A stretch of DNA of 64,000 nt from Herbinix sp. (GCA_028691795.1 JAQUYQ010000001.1:106699-170698); one strand, 5' to 3'; positions 30,637-41,195 are shown, counted from the first letter of the stretch. Made by a program: numbers and translations. Notes: generated by a model from the letters alone, not told the origin.

Positions 30637-30718
30637 TTCTCATCGCTATCTTATTTTTTTTTGTCTTTTATCTTTAAAAACACTATATTAAATATGTAAG
30701 AAAGAAGGTGATTGCTTA

Positions 30719-31930
30719 ATGGGACAGTTCATAAACGAAAAACAATTTATCAATAATAACATTTTTCTTTATGAAGGGAGATTGGAATCTCAATACACAA
30801 GATTCCAAGAGAAGAATCCCACATTTGTCACTTACTATCATATAAATCCAATTGAATCAACTACTGATACCGGTCTGTTATCCGTAGAACAAATCATAGG
30901 AAGTAAATCTCCATTAAAATTCCAAAAGATTAAAGACTTCCCAGTATATGGTCTTGACCAAATTCAATTAGATTTAACAGAAACCGACGGAGGATTGAAC
31001 ACTGAGTTTAATTCTGAAGTCGTAATTCTTCCCAATACAATAAACCCATCACCCAATGACTTTATGTTATTCTCATATCTCGATCAGGATTTCATTTTTA
31101 TGATTACCAGGGTCGCATATGATACAATAAAGTCTAATAACTATTGGAAAGTTGATTATACCTTAAAAGATATCTCTCATGAGAGATTTGAAGAATTAGA
31201 AAGACAGGTAGTTGAAAACTATACATGTATATTCAGAAATATCGGAACGGCCGATAAATGTATAGTAAAGGACGACGAGTTTGAACAACTTAATTTATTA
31301 AAAAGTATATTTAATACCTTCTCGGATGATTATTTAAGAATGTATTATAATAAGAAATATAATTCCTTTATAACTCAATTAGATAATTCTAAAATGATAT
31401 ATGATAAATATTTATCTCATTTTATAACAACCACTCATATGTTTGATAATCCCTACGGTTATACTACTTTATATATAACAAATGAAGCCCCTGAGCCTCT
31501 ATTCCTGATTAAATATCATGATACTATTTTCGGGGATATTGAGAGAGGCAAAAAGCCTAGAAGACAATGGGTTTGTGAGGATTTTATTAACAGCTCTTCT
31601 TCTTCGATTTTTGCTATGTATAATGTAACAGATTCTGTATATAGCATTATACCATGTATTGAACATGATAATGCTCAACTATATTTGAATGAGGTGTTAT
31701 ATGATATTATTGAAACCAAGGATTATACTGACGAGGATATCCCATATCTGTATATTCTAATATCAAAATATTTTAATAATGAAATAGCTTCATTAACATC
31801 TATTGATTTTGATAAACTTAAAGATGTTAATATAACCATTGATAATTATAGAGAGTATATGGTTTTAATCCCTATAACTCTATTTATAATAAGCCAAATC
31901 ACTAAAAAATTCTTATCCAATTCAAACTAA
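30719..31930 (+). CDS. Virion structural protein
   Basis: 403 aa; late promoter AACActatatTA at 30679-30690; LPNTINPSPNDF motif typical of jumbo-phage virion proteins. Confidence 0.55.
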   Translation: MGQFINEKQFINNNIFLYEGRLESQYTRFQEKNPTFVTYYHINPIESTTDTGLLSVEQIIGSKSPLKFQKIKDFPVYGLDQIQLDLTETDGGLNTEFNSEVVILPNTINPSPNDFMLFSYLDQDFIFMITRVAYDTIKSNNYWKVDYTLKDISHERFEELERQVVENYTCIFRNIGTADKCIVKDDEFEQLNLLKSIFNTFSDDYLRMYYNKKYNSFITQLDNSKMIYDKYLSHFITTTHMFDNPYGYTTLYITNEAPEPLFLIKYHDTIFGDIERGKKPRRQWVCEDFINSSSSSIFAMYNVTDSVYSIIPCIEHDNAQLYLNEVLYDIIETKDYTDEDIPYLYILISKYFNNEIASLTSIDFDKLKDVNITIDNYREYMVLIPITLFIISQITKKFLSNSN

Positions 31931-31988
31931 TAAATAATTTAAATAAAACATATGATTAATACTTTAAGTTAAAGGAGGAAAATTACGT

Positions 31989-32843
31989 ATGTTTACATCA
32001 CTCAAGAGAGATATAAAGAGAGAAGAACTTATCGACTTGGAGCACGCGCTTCTGTTGGAGGGCACTGATTCTCTCAAAGACGAATTTCTCGACGAAGAAG
32101 AACTCGATGGTAGTTATTCCCCGGATGAAGAAGAAGAGCTTGAAAAACTCTTAGAAAATATTCCGGAAGATGACGAAGAAGAGGAGATTGAGAAAGATGT
32201 TGAAGAACTCGAAGAGTCTTTTACTAAGCTCGAAAAGCTCCTTGAAAGTGCCGACGAAGGCGATGATGTTGATCCTGATGTCGGTCTTGACGATGACTCT
32301 TTTATCGATGATGAGGTTAGTGAAACCTCCCTAGATTCTGAGGATCTCGATGATGGGTCTGAAGCCGAAGTTAATCCTGAAGATGAAATCGTTAGCGAAG
32401 ACGGTGCTGAGTCTGATGAAGACGAAGAAGATACCGACGACGAAGATGAAGATTCTGAAGAGGATGAGGTCATCGGAGAAGACGTATCCGAAATTGATGA
32501 AATCGAGTTTGATCCCGAAGGTGACGATATAGTATCCGAAGATTCTGATGTTGAAGTTGTCGTTAATGACGACGAAGACGGTGAAGATGAAGGTGAAGAA
32601 GACGTCGACGTTGAGATTGAAATCGACGTATCTGAATCTGACTATATCGAATTTGATCCCGATGCCGAAGTTGTTCTCGGTGACTCTGAAGCCGAAGTTA
32701 ATCCTGAAGATGAAATCGTTAGCGAAGACGGTGCTGAGTCTGATGAAGACGAAGAAGATACCGACGATGAAGACGATGATTCGGAAGAAGATGAAGACTT
32801 CGATGACAGTGAACTTGATGACGAAGACTTCGAAGAAGAATAA
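31989..32843 (+). CDS. Extremely acidic protein (scaffold or DNA-mimic candidate)
   Basis: About half D/E; late promoter at 31947-31958; internal exact repeat. Confidence 0.7.
   Translation: MFTSLKRDIKREELIDLEHALLLEGTDSLKDEFLDEEELDGSYSPDEEEELEKLLENIPEDDEEEEIEKDVEELEESFTKLEKLLESADEGDDVDPDVGLDDDSFIDDEVSETSLDSEDLDDGSEAEVNPEDEIVSEDGAESDEDEEDTDDEDEDSEEDEVIGEDVSEIDEIEFDPEGDDIVSEDSDVEVVVNDDEDGEDEGEEDVDVEIEIDVSESDYIEFDPDAEVVLGDSEAEVNPEDEIVSEDGAESDEDEEDTDDEDDDSEEDEDFDDSELDDEDFEEE
32358..32767 (+). repeat. 83-bp exact direct repeat (32358-32440 and 32685-32767)
   Basis: Both copies encode SEAEVNPEDEIVSEDGAESDEDEEDTD. Confidence 0.9.
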
Positions 32844-32866
32844 ATTCTGATAAAGGAGAAACTAAT

Positions 32867-33328
32867 ATGGTTAAGCAAGTTGTATTTCCCTATTCGGGAA
32901 TGGTTCCTTACCGTGGTACTTATATTCATGGGCCGGTTAACACCCCGTTTCCTATGAATACTGATGCTATTTTTAAACTCATCATCAAGAAGTTTGATGT
33001 TTATGAGAGACTCTCCGATGGCAGCAATCTTAAGCTGGATATTCACAACTTCGATAAGGATAATACTCCTGTTATTGATGAAGTGGTCGTTGATCCGGTC
33101 ATCGATGAGGTTCCCGAAGAAAATAAAATTCCCGCGGAAACCGTTATTGCTCCGGTTGAGACTCAAGTTGAAAAAGAAGTCCCTGAAGAGGCTAACACTG
33201 TTGCTCCCGATGAGACTCCGACTGTCGAAAACTCCCCGGAAGCAGAAAAGATTCCCGAGGCTGTCGTTGATGATGCTCCTGTTGTTAAGAACAACTACAA
33301 TCAGGGTAACAGAAACAACAGACGATAA
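32867..33328 (+). CDS. Hypothetical protein with P/E/V-rich tail
   Basis: 153 aa, AAGGAG SD. Confidence 0.7.
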   Translation: MVKQVVFPYSGMVPYRGTYIHGPVNTPFPMNTDAIFKLIIKKFDVYERLSDGSNLKLDIHNFDKDNTPVIDEVVVDPVIDEVPEENKIPAETVIAPVETQVEKEVPEEANTVAPDETPTVENSPEAEKIPEAVVDDAPVVKNNYNQGNRNNRR

Positions 33329-33381
33329 ACTACACAATAAATGACAAGTATATGGTTAAACCATATACTTGTCATATCTTT

Positions 33382-34950
33382 TTAATTTTTTGTTAAGTTG
33401 TAAAGAGCCTGTATTGACTCATTGGTAGATTCTCTATTACATTCTCCCTGAACGTTTAATAGATTTGATTTAGATTTAATTATCTTCATCGCTTCTTTAT
33501 TCGCCTCTTGAGAATATATTCCCTTGATCGTAATTTGGTCACCGTCATAGTCACCACCAAGACCACCGAGGTATAAGTTACTCATAACAACAGTATCAGC
33601 AAACAATAGACCAATCTTTTCGGTCTTAACATTAAAGTCTATTATTGGATAAAAAGGATAATATGTAGAGCCAACCATAACCGGAATAGTTCTATGAGTA
33701 GAAAGAACTGTTATCAGATTTGGGAATGAGCTAAAATGGTCTGTTACAGGATAACGAGTAACAAAAACTGTCTTGTCCTGTGTTATTTCATAAGCTCCTC
33801 TATACAATAAATCAGTCCATGTGACAACCTGTGTGAACTTGTTATGTTTATCATCAGGATTTTTGGCATTATATAAAATACCTGTAAAGATCATATCTAC
33901 CATCTTACCCCCAACAACCGGAACCTGAATCTTTTCAAATCTATATTCAGTAGTATAGATAAACTGATCAAGTTTCTTTTTAAGATAATCGATAGTAAAG
34001 AAGTTTTCTGGTTTATCTAAATCGATATATTCAACGTCACCTTTATCATTTACGACAACTGGATAATTAGTTCTAGAGAATAATTCTCTATCAAAATAAC
34101 TCTTCAGCCAATGTATCATAAATGGCATAAACAATGAGCAACATTGTGCCAGTGGAACACCACAATGATAAAAATCAACCTTCATCTCTTCGGGTCGATT
34201 ACTATTGAATATAGGGGCAGAGATAACCATACGGGAAGAATAATCAACCGATTTACCCATAAGGTTTTTTCTTATTAAACCATTTTTCTTCGCTATCTTA
34301 GATTCTAATAAATCATATATCTCAACAAGAGTATTTTGTACAATAGCTCTTGAATTATTCAACATAAAATCAAAATCAACGCCTTGTTTTATAATATTGA
34401 CAGTTCTTATCAATTTAGAATACATGTCGTTAATTTCGTGAGGCGCAACCTTCTGTTTTTTATTTAAAGTTTGAATATTCACATCTCGATAGAATGCTGG
34501 AATAACTATTGCTTTAGTTACAAATAATCTATCTTTTTTATATGCGGTGAGGAGATCAATTCTCTCTCCACGCATTCTGCTTTCGTTTTTATTAAATTTT
34601 AATTTTTCCCAATTATTATATAGAAACTCAGGGCCATTGTCTCCATTCTCATCCTCGACAATCTGTCCTTTGCTGTCTATAATGAAAGTTTGAGTGCCTA
34701 ATATCAGGTCTTCAAACTTTCTATTTAACCGCTTTAATAGTTTAAAAACAATCGGGGTTAAATAATGACCATTTAGATCTATATATGAAAATGTCGTCTT
34801 TCTAGTATTAATATCATTACCAAATATAACAGTAGAAAGTAGACCATTTGGGTTTAATTCAAATCCTCTATTAAAAATAACAGGATCTGTTATTGGTATC
34901 ATATTATTATCTTCAACAAATTTATCGATATCAAGTAAATCTATCTTCAT
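33382..34950 (-). CDS. RNA polymerase beta' N-terminal/catalytic subunit, probably virion RNAP
   Basis: GLLS..IFG, GKSVDYSSRMVI, TRYP and catalytic GGDYDGDQ; start reassigned to MKIDLL after GAGGAG. Confidence 0.85.
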   Translation of the reverse strand: MKIDLLDIDKFVEDNNMIPITDPVIFNRGFELNPNGLLSTVIFGNDINTRKTTFSYIDLNGHYLTPIVFKLLKRLNRKFEDLILGTQTFIIDSKGQIVEDENGDNGPEFLYNNWEKLKFNKNESRMRGERIDLLTAYKKDRLFVTKAIVIPAFYRDVNIQTLNKKQKVAPHEINDMYSKLIRTVNIIKQGVDFDFMLNNSRAIVQNTLVEIYDLLESKIAKKNGLIRKNLMGKSVDYSSRMVISAPIFNSNRPEEMKVDFYHCGVPLAQCCSLFMPFMIHWLKSYFDRELFSRTNYPVVVNDKGDVEYIDLDKPENFFTIDYLKKKLDQFIYTTEYRFEKIQVPVVGGKMVDMIFTGILYNAKNPDDKHNKFTQVVTWTDLLYRGAYEITQDKTVFVTRYPVTDHFSSFPNLITVLSTHRTIPVMVGSTYYPFYPIIDFNVKTEKIGLLFADTVVMSNLYLGGLGGDYDGDQITIKGIYSQEANKEAMKIIKSKSNLLNVQGECNRESTNESIQALYNLTKN

Positions 34951-35272
34951 AGTAATTCTCCTCATCGTTTTTTAATAACAAAATCATACATGAATCACGA
35001 TATACTAAATTCATGTTATGTGAAAACGGTCCTTTATAAAAAGCTTCATTAATATCATTACAGACCGATTCATCAATATCATTAACGAATATTAAGAGTT
35101 CATTTTCATTAGCTTCACATCTAATGTTATCTATAGATATACACTCAATATTCTTAATACATTTATAGAAGAATTTAAACTTCTCATAATGCTTTTGAAT
35201 AATATCTCCATATAAATCAGGGTTACCACTTTGAGTAATCTGATTAAATAAATCGACAATGTTTTTCTTCAT
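34931..35272 (-). CDS. Hypothetical protein
   Basis: 113 aa overlapping the RNAP start. Confidence 0.6.
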   Translation of the reverse strand: MKKNIVDLFNQITQSGNPDLYGDIIQKHYEKFKFFYKCIKNIECISIDNIRCEANENELLIFVNDIDESVCNDINEAFYKGPFSHNMNLVYRDSCMILLLKNDEENYYEDRFT

Positions 35273-35332
35273 GAGAACACCCCCTTTTAAAATATTGTCC
35301 TTTAAAAATCAACGAACTGGGGTAGAAAGATA

Positions 35333-35512
35333 TTATTTCTTTCTACCCCTGGAAGCTTCAGATTCTTTTCTCTCCTTCTCAAGATCTTCTCTTTCTTTCT
35401 CATATCTCTTAGTACGAGCATTTTTGAGAGCCATTATCTCTCTATATGTCATGTTTTCGATATCAGATTTAGAAAGTTGTCCCTTGAATAATTCGAGGAG
35501 TTCGTCTAGCAA
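35333..35512 (-). CDS. T4 gp51-like/tail chaperone C-terminal segment, probably reached by -1 frameshift
   Basis: LLDELLELFKGQLSKSDIENMTYREIMALK...; no SD or ATG; open in the -1 frame back into the upstream gene. Confidence 0.55.
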   Translation of the reverse strand: MLDELLELFKGQLSKSDIENMTYREIMALKNARTKRYEKEREDLEKERKESEASRGRKK

Positions 35513-35526
35513 CTTATAATAAGATG

Positions 35527-36915
35527 CTATTCGACGGTCACTTCCATCGCCCGCTGATTCTCGATAAAAAGCAATCTTTCAATATCGATTGAACGATAGT
35601 CCTCTTTCTTATGGCAATGGGGGCATTCGACATCGCTAATACCAAACTCAAATCCAATAGTGCCAATTTTATCAGCATAGCTGGAAAGAGCAATGATATC
35701 TCTGTTGCTGAGCTGATAAAGGATATCGATAATATCCAAGGTGGAATCAATCTCATAATACATTCCGTCGTTCAAATCTTCAATAAAGATTTTCGAAACG
35801 GTAGAGGAAAGCATAATTGCATGAGAATATCTTTCACCCTTTCGCTGGACAACATCGGTCAGAGTAGAGTTAATGAATTCGTATACATTTTTCGATCTCA
35901 TGTCAACGATCATATTCGAATCGGGAAGTCTAATTCTTGTAGCAGTACAGACTTCGGATTCTTCATGAACTCTCTTGGCATCTTCCAAAATAAAAGAATT
36001 GTCGATAATATTAGTAATAATATCGACAGTTTTATCATTCATTCTCTCAGCTCTGAGAAGTCCCTTTACCGCATACGGGAAATCGATAGATTTCTTACAA
36101 GCGGGGCATGTGATATCGAGGCTATCCACATCGGGGAACGTTGCACAAAGAATACCATAAATGAAAACAGAATCATCAAAGTACGAGGTATTCTTCAAGA
36201 ACGTATCATAGTCCATATCACCAATGGATGTACTGACGATCTTGGAATGAATAAGGCTCCACTTATTCGTCATCATATCAACGACATTTTCACCGGATCT
36301 TAATGCAGTAATTTCAAAAGGACTACATCCTTTAATTACTGCGGTATAACCAGAATTCGGAAGTACGATACTAGTGTTGTTGAAAGATACGTTCCGTTTA
36401 AGAATGGAACTAATTCCACCACTCGGTCTACCCTTCTTGACCTTAATATCAAGATTAACATTTTCAACTTCTTTAATATGAATAACTTTAGATTTTTTAA
36501 GCTTTTCTTTTTCTTGGTCATCGAATATAACAGATCCGATTCCCTGCTTGTCGAGAAGTACAATAACTTCGTTGATCTTCTCAGTCCGTTCATCGACTTC
36601 TTCTTCATCTTTTACCAAGTGAGCCATTTCTTCTTTTTTTCTCAAGAGCTCTTCGGCAAGTCTCTTCTCTTCAGCAATTTCATCATTAATTCCCTGAAGA
36701 GTTTTGCTAAAATTGTCTTGAGAGTCCTTTACAACCCCGGTTACGACCATGGGCTGTTTATTCTTAAGATCGGCATCAACTTCGTCTTTATTGACGACGA
36801 TACCAGGGCCTTCATAGTTTTCAACGATAGCTGGTCTAATTACCTTGTCTTCGGTACGATTGGTAATTTCTTTAGCGTTGGTCATTGCTTCCTCAAAATT
36901 AATATTGGTGTCCAT
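35527..36915 (-). CDS. Baseplate hub assembly protein (T4 gp26-like) with N-terminal extension
   Basis: LPNSG, CPAC and CPHC motifs; adjacent to the gp25-like gene. Confidence 0.6.
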   Translation of the reverse strand: MDTNINFEEAMTNAKEITNRTEDKVIRPAIVENYEGPGIVVNKDEVDADLKNKQPMVVTGVVKDSQDNFSKTLQGINDEIAEEKRLAEELLRKKEEMAHLVKDEEEVDERTEKINEVIVLLDKQGIGSVIFDDQEKEKLKKSKVIHIKEVENVNLDIKVKKGRPSGGISSILKRNVSFNNTSIVLPNSGYTAVIKGCSPFEITALRSGENVVDMMTNKWSLIHSKIVSTSIGDMDYDTFLKNTSYFDDSVFIYGILCATFPDVDSLDITCPACKKSIDFPYAVKGLLRAERMNDKTVDIITNIIDNSFILEDAKRVHEESEVCTATRIRLPDSNMIVDMRSKNVYEFINSTLTDVVQRKGERYSHAIMLSSTVSKIFIEDLNDGMYYEIDSTLDIIDILYQLSNRDIIALSSYADKIGTIGFEFGISDVECPHCHKKEDYRSIDIERLLFIENQRAMEVTVE

Positions 36916-36927
36916 TTGCTAATCCTC

Positions 36928-37335
36928 CTAAAAATTTGTTATTTGATAGTTATATAGTAGGTTGCCACTACGTTTATCTTTAGATATACCGAACATATAG
37001 TTTTCGTCCTCAATTGTCATTCTAACAATCAAGAGACCAACTCCTTTATATTCAGATACATAAATACTAATATCGGTAATGGACAAGTATGGAACTAAAT
37101 CTGCGCATTGATCTTCGATTAAACCTTTTATATGATCCCCATCTATATCTTCACTGAATTTATAAAGATATTGTCCAAGATCCAATCCAATATGGGGAAG
37201 ACTTGGAAGGGTGCCAGGTTTCATCATAAATATATTTATAATATTTTGAGCTAGTGATTCTCCTGGGGATAATTTTTGCTGTTGATTAAAATTATCAACC
37301 CCCATTACTAACTCATTAGGGAAATTAATAGCCAT
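36928..37335 (-). CDS. Baseplate wedge gp25-like protein; start MAINF
   Basis: NIFMMKPGTLPSLPHIGLDL..YLY matches the gp25 pattern; GGAGGTG SD. Confidence 0.65.
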   Translation of the reverse strand: MAINFPNELVMGVDNFNQQQKLSPGESLAQNIINIFMMKPGTLPSLPHIGLDLGQYLYKFSEDIDGDHIKGLIEDQCADLVPYLSITDISIYVSEYKGVGLLIVRMTIEDENYMFGISKDKRSGNLLYNYQITNF

Positions 37336-37510
37336 GATTAATTCACCTCCATATAAGCCTTGATTTATAATTATGTATATTGAATAGTATTTCACAGCAA
37401 ATAAGAAAAGTGTAATTTATTAAATAACTATTATATATTATTACCGTGTATAGTGAATAAAACATATGCAATCCGTTCTGTATTTAATTTATTAGAAGGA
37501 GAAAACAAAA

Positions 37511-37888
37511 ATGAAAATCATGCTTAACGAAATCGAGGCCAATCTTATTGTGAAAACAGTATCATCTTTTATCGAGGCTGCTACCGATGATGATGTCGTC
37601 GGCGAACTTGATCTGTCTCAGGCAGCGTGTGATAAGTTCAACAATTCCCAGAAAATCGTGGCTATGAAAAACACCAACGGCGCTATTGAGCTCGAGATCA
37701 CCACCGAGTTCCTCATTGATCTCGACAAGGTCCTTATCAGAAAGCTCGTCTCGCTGGTTAAGATTCTGCGCACCTGTGTTGAGGGAATGATCGGTTCTGT
37801 CGATTTCCACGAATTCCTCAAAAAGTGGAAAGGCGAACGTCCTGAAGAAAAGCAAATCAAGGCGAAGTCGAAGAAGGCTAAGGAATAA
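37511..37888 (+). CDS. Early hypothetical protein
   Basis: Early promoter at 37432-37441; AAGGAG SD; terminator at 37894-37931. Confidence 0.7.
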   Translation: MKIMLNEIEANLIVKTVSSFIEAATDDDVVGELDLSQAACDKFNNSQKIVAMKNTNGAIELEITTEFLIDLDKVLIRKLVSLVKILRTCVEGMIGSVDFHEFLKKWKGERPEEKQIKAKSKKAKE

Positions 37889-37935
37889 ACGATAAAATAA
37901 AGGGATGGTGTTATACCATCCCTTTATTTTTTTAT

Positions 37936-38442
37936 TTAATAATTATATCCCATGTCATCATTAACCCATTTTTCAACGGTTATGATTTTAATACTTTGGT
38001 CATTATAAGATATAACTCTTTTAATCCCCGCATTAATAATCATACGACGACACATCATACATGGATCATTTACCGATAACGGTTTCTTTGTTTTATAATC
38101 GGTTCCAAAAAGATATAGAGTTGCATTTTCCATATCTGATTTTGAACCATTAATAATAGCATTAGCTTCTGCATGTACAGAACGACAAAGCTCATATCGT
38201 TGACCACTGGGAATGTTAAGTCTTTCTCTTTCACAAACCCCTCGATCGATACAATTGTAACAACCTCGTGCTGCTCCAGTATATCCTGTTGAAACTATTG
38301 TATCATTCTTAACGATTACAGCTCCATAATTTCTTCTAAGACAAGTTCCTCGTGTAGAAACTCCTCTTGCGATATCTAAATAATATTCATGGCGACTCGG
38401 TCTGTTTTCAGCACCCATTATAATCTCCTCCATTAATTGCAT
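37936..38442 (-). CDS. dCMP deaminase
   Basis: STRGTCLRR, HAEANAI and PCMMC zinc motifs. Confidence 0.9.
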   Translation of the reverse strand: MQLMEEIIMGAENRPSRHEYYLDIARGVSTRGTCLRRNYGAVIVKNDTIVSTGYTGAARGCYNCIDRGVCERERLNIPSGQRYELCRSVHAEANAIINGSKSDMENATLYLFGTDYKTKKPLSVNDPCMMCRRMIINAGIKRVISYNDQSIKIITVEKWVNDDMGYNY

Positions 38443-41195
38443 TTAGAATACCCACATTCCATACACAAACAGCAACCGCTACCATATGATAATTTATTAC
38501 CACATTCGGGGCAGTCATTTGTTTGAGAATTTATATCTTTTTCAATTGTTTTTATTTCTTCAGAATCCTCAATCAGTCTCTTCATTACATTATTAAGTGA
38601 ATCACTCGGAATTGATTCGGTGGATTTGGTATTAGGTGATCCACGTTTACTCAGATAATCTTGGGTCTTAACAAGAACACGAGCAATAGCATCCGGGCAA
38701 GATAAACAACCGACTCCCGGTTTACGAATTGTTGACATGCACCGAATTCCCTTAAGTTGTTTAATAACAATATCGAGAGGAACTCCATAACGAAGAGCGA
38801 TGGAAGCCATTCTCGCAGATGCTTCCGATTGAGAAGGACATCCGCCCGATTTACCAGTATTGGTAAACACCTCGACAATTTTATTATTGGAATCATAATT
38901 AACCGTCACATATAGAGTACCGCATCCGATTTTAACCTTCTCGGTAAATCCTTGAACCGTTTGAGGTCTGGGATTATTCTCAATAGTAATCGAAATTTCA
39001 TCGATTTTTTTAGTGGGGTTATTATAATTAATCATCTGGGTATCCCTCTCTTTATTATTCTTATCAATAGATTCTTCTTTTTTGAAAGAATTACCAGTGA
39101 CAAGAACTTGTGAGTCTCTACTACCATCTCTATAAATAGTAATACCTTTACAATCCAACTTATAAGATTTCTTATAAGCCTTAAGGACATCATCAACAGT
39201 TGCATCAGAATTCATATTTATAGTTTTAGAAACTGCATTATCAACTCCGCTCTGCCATGCAGATTGAATTTCGATATGTGCGTCAGGAGTTATATCATGG
39301 GCACATACAAATATTTTCTGTAATTTTTTAGGAACCCTATTAACACCTCTGACAGTTCCCTTATCCATGATTTCCTTCATAATATCGTTATACTCATCGC
39401 TATCTTCGAGAATTCCAGTCTCCTTAATAAATGCTTCTTTAAAAAGGCGGTTTACATAATAGAGTTGAGTATCTCCTCCAAGAGTATTACGAACATACAC
39501 AATCCCAAAGTTTGGTTCTATACCAGAACTAACACTTGCGATTATAGATAGACTTCCTGTTGGTGCAATAGTTGTAACTGTTGCATTTCGTTCAGATGGG
39601 TTTGTCGTGTTTTCTTTTTTTGATGCAGGATAAGCACCCCTTATCATACCCAAAAAAGAACTTTGCGCGTGTGCATGACCATTAATCAATAATGCAATAT
39701 ATCGAGCAACAGCGATCGATTCAGGGGAACCGTATTCAATTTCCATCATATATAGAATATCTGCAAACCCCATTACCCCAAGACCTATCTTACGATAACG
39801 TCTTACCATTTCGCCAACCTCTGGTATTGGATAATGATTAACTGTGATTATATCGTCGAGAAAATCGACAGCACCACATACTGTATTCTTTAATTTTTCG
39901 TGATCAATATTAAATTTATAGGATTCATCATCGTCATTAGACACTCTTTTCATCATATTAACAAGATTGATTGAACCGAGGTTGCAAGCTTCATAAGGGA
40001 ACAGCGGTTGTTCACCACATGGGTTTGTTGCAACAATATTTTGATCTTTAATGGAGTTATCTCTATTGATTTTATCAAGAAAAATAAGTCCCGGTTCACC
40101 ATTTCTCCAAGCTGACTGAGCAATTTTATATAACAAATCGTGTGCTTTAATAGAGTCACAATCTTTACCATTCTCAAAAGAATAATCCTTAAGTTGAATA
40201 ATAGAATCGTCATCAAATAATTTACTATCAGTGACTCCAACTGATAAATTGAAATTGTTTATTTCATCATTATTTTCTTTACAATTTATAAAGCTCAAAA
40301 TATATTCAGAATCCATATTAACAATTCCCATATTAGCGCCTCGACGGACTCCGCCCTGTTTTACAACTTCGGTACAAGCATCAAATACTTTGATTGTTGT
40401 AATAGGGGTTATATCATTTTTGATAAATGTCATAACGGCGTCCCAGGCTTTCATGAAACTAACTGGACCACTGGCAACTCCTTTAGTAGAATTAACGATA
40501 GAATTGGTCGCTCTTAATTTATTAAAGGATATTACCGTGTCATTATTGGTTGGACGATAGATCGATTCAACCATGAATATATTATTAAAATCAAAAATAG
40601 ATTCCATATTATCTTCAATCTCGATGATATTTTTAAAATCATTTCTAAGATTCGAGATATTATCAGAAGTTGCCTTGATAATATTCTTAAACTCAGTACT
40701 CATATATTCCTTATAATCAGGATGGTCGGTTGCCAGGAAAACATTTAACATCGCTTCCTTATTAGCAGCCGGTTTCATCTTAACACTCGTGAAATTAAAC
40801 CCGGTACCACCACCAGATTTATGAATCAGTGCAGTATTTTTAAGGGTTTCAAAAATCTGGAGTATATTATTCTCAATAGGTAAAACGTAACAAGCACTCA
40901 GACCCGATTTTCTACCGGCATTTACCAGTGTTGGGGTATTAGGGAGAAAATCGAGGCTATTGATTAAATTAAAATATACCTTATCTTGATTCTGAAAGCT
41001 CTGTGAAACGATTCTATCATCATTAAGAAGAACAGCCCCACCCTTTGTATATGCAGATGCTGCACATTTGGCGACTCTTTTACACATCCCATCGAAATCC
41101 TCAATGGGATTTCCATTCTGATCTTTTTCGTAGTATCGTGCCCTCAATACCTTTTCAGCATTTTCGGTTACGACAGAGTAATGACTATTAGGCAT
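38433..41195 (-). CDS. nrdJ: Class II (adenosylcobalamin) ribonucleotide reductase with C-terminal TSCPD domain and zinc ribbon
   Basis: PNTPTL, LSACYV, GGGTG, QGGVRRGA, TNPCGEQ, CNLGS, TIAPTG, SKTIN, SCPDAI, terminal CGYSKC. Confidence 0.92.
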   Translation of the reverse strand: MPNSHYSVVTENAEKVLRARYYEKDQNGNPIEDFDGMCKRVAKCAASAYTKGGAVLLNDDRIVSQSFQNQDKVYFNLINSLDFLPNTPTLVNAGRKSGLSACYVLPIENNILQIFETLKNTALIHKSGGGTGFNFTSVKMKPAANKEAMLNVFLATDHPDYKEYMSTEFKNIIKATSDNISNLRNDFKNIIEIEDNMESIFDFNNIFMVESIYRPTNNDTVISFNKLRATNSIVNSTKGVASGPVSFMKAWDAVMTFIKNDITPITTIKVFDACTEVVKQGGVRRGANMGIVNMDSEYILSFINCKENNDEINNFNLSVGVTDSKLFDDDSIIQLKDYSFENGKDCDSIKAHDLLYKIAQSAWRNGEPGLIFLDKINRDNSIKDQNIVATNPCGEQPLFPYEACNLGSINLVNMMKRVSNDDDESYKFNIDHEKLKNTVCGAVDFLDDIITVNHYPIPEVGEMVRRYRKIGLGVMGFADILYMMEIEYGSPESIAVARYIALLINGHAHAQSSFLGMIRGAYPASKKENTTNPSERNATVTTIAPTGSLSIIASVSSGIEPNFGIVYVRNTLGGDTQLYYVNRLFKEAFIKETGILEDSDEYNDIMKEIMDKGTVRGVNRVPKKLQKIFVCAHDITPDAHIEIQSAWQSGVDNAVSKTINMNSDATVDDVLKAYKKSYKLDCKGITIYRDGSRDSQVLVTGNSFKKEESIDKNNKERDTQMINYNNPTKKIDEISITIENNPRPQTVQGFTEKVKIGCGTLYVTVNYDSNNKIVEVFTNTGKSGGCPSQSEASARMASIALRYGVPLDIVIKQLKGIRCMSTIRKPGVGCLSCPDAIARVLVKTQDYLSKRGSPNTKSTESIPSDSLNNVMKRLIEDSEEIKTIEKDINSQTNDCPECGNKLSYGSGCCLCMECGYSKCN

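Noticed and set aside
32114-33337. Ser-rich minus-strand ORFs
   Set aside because: Reverse complement of GAA/GAT-rich acidic genes
40400-40780. Intein in NrdJ
   Set aside because: No N-terminal C/S block, no HN-C/S/T junction and no LAGLIDADG; the insert is a self-duplication
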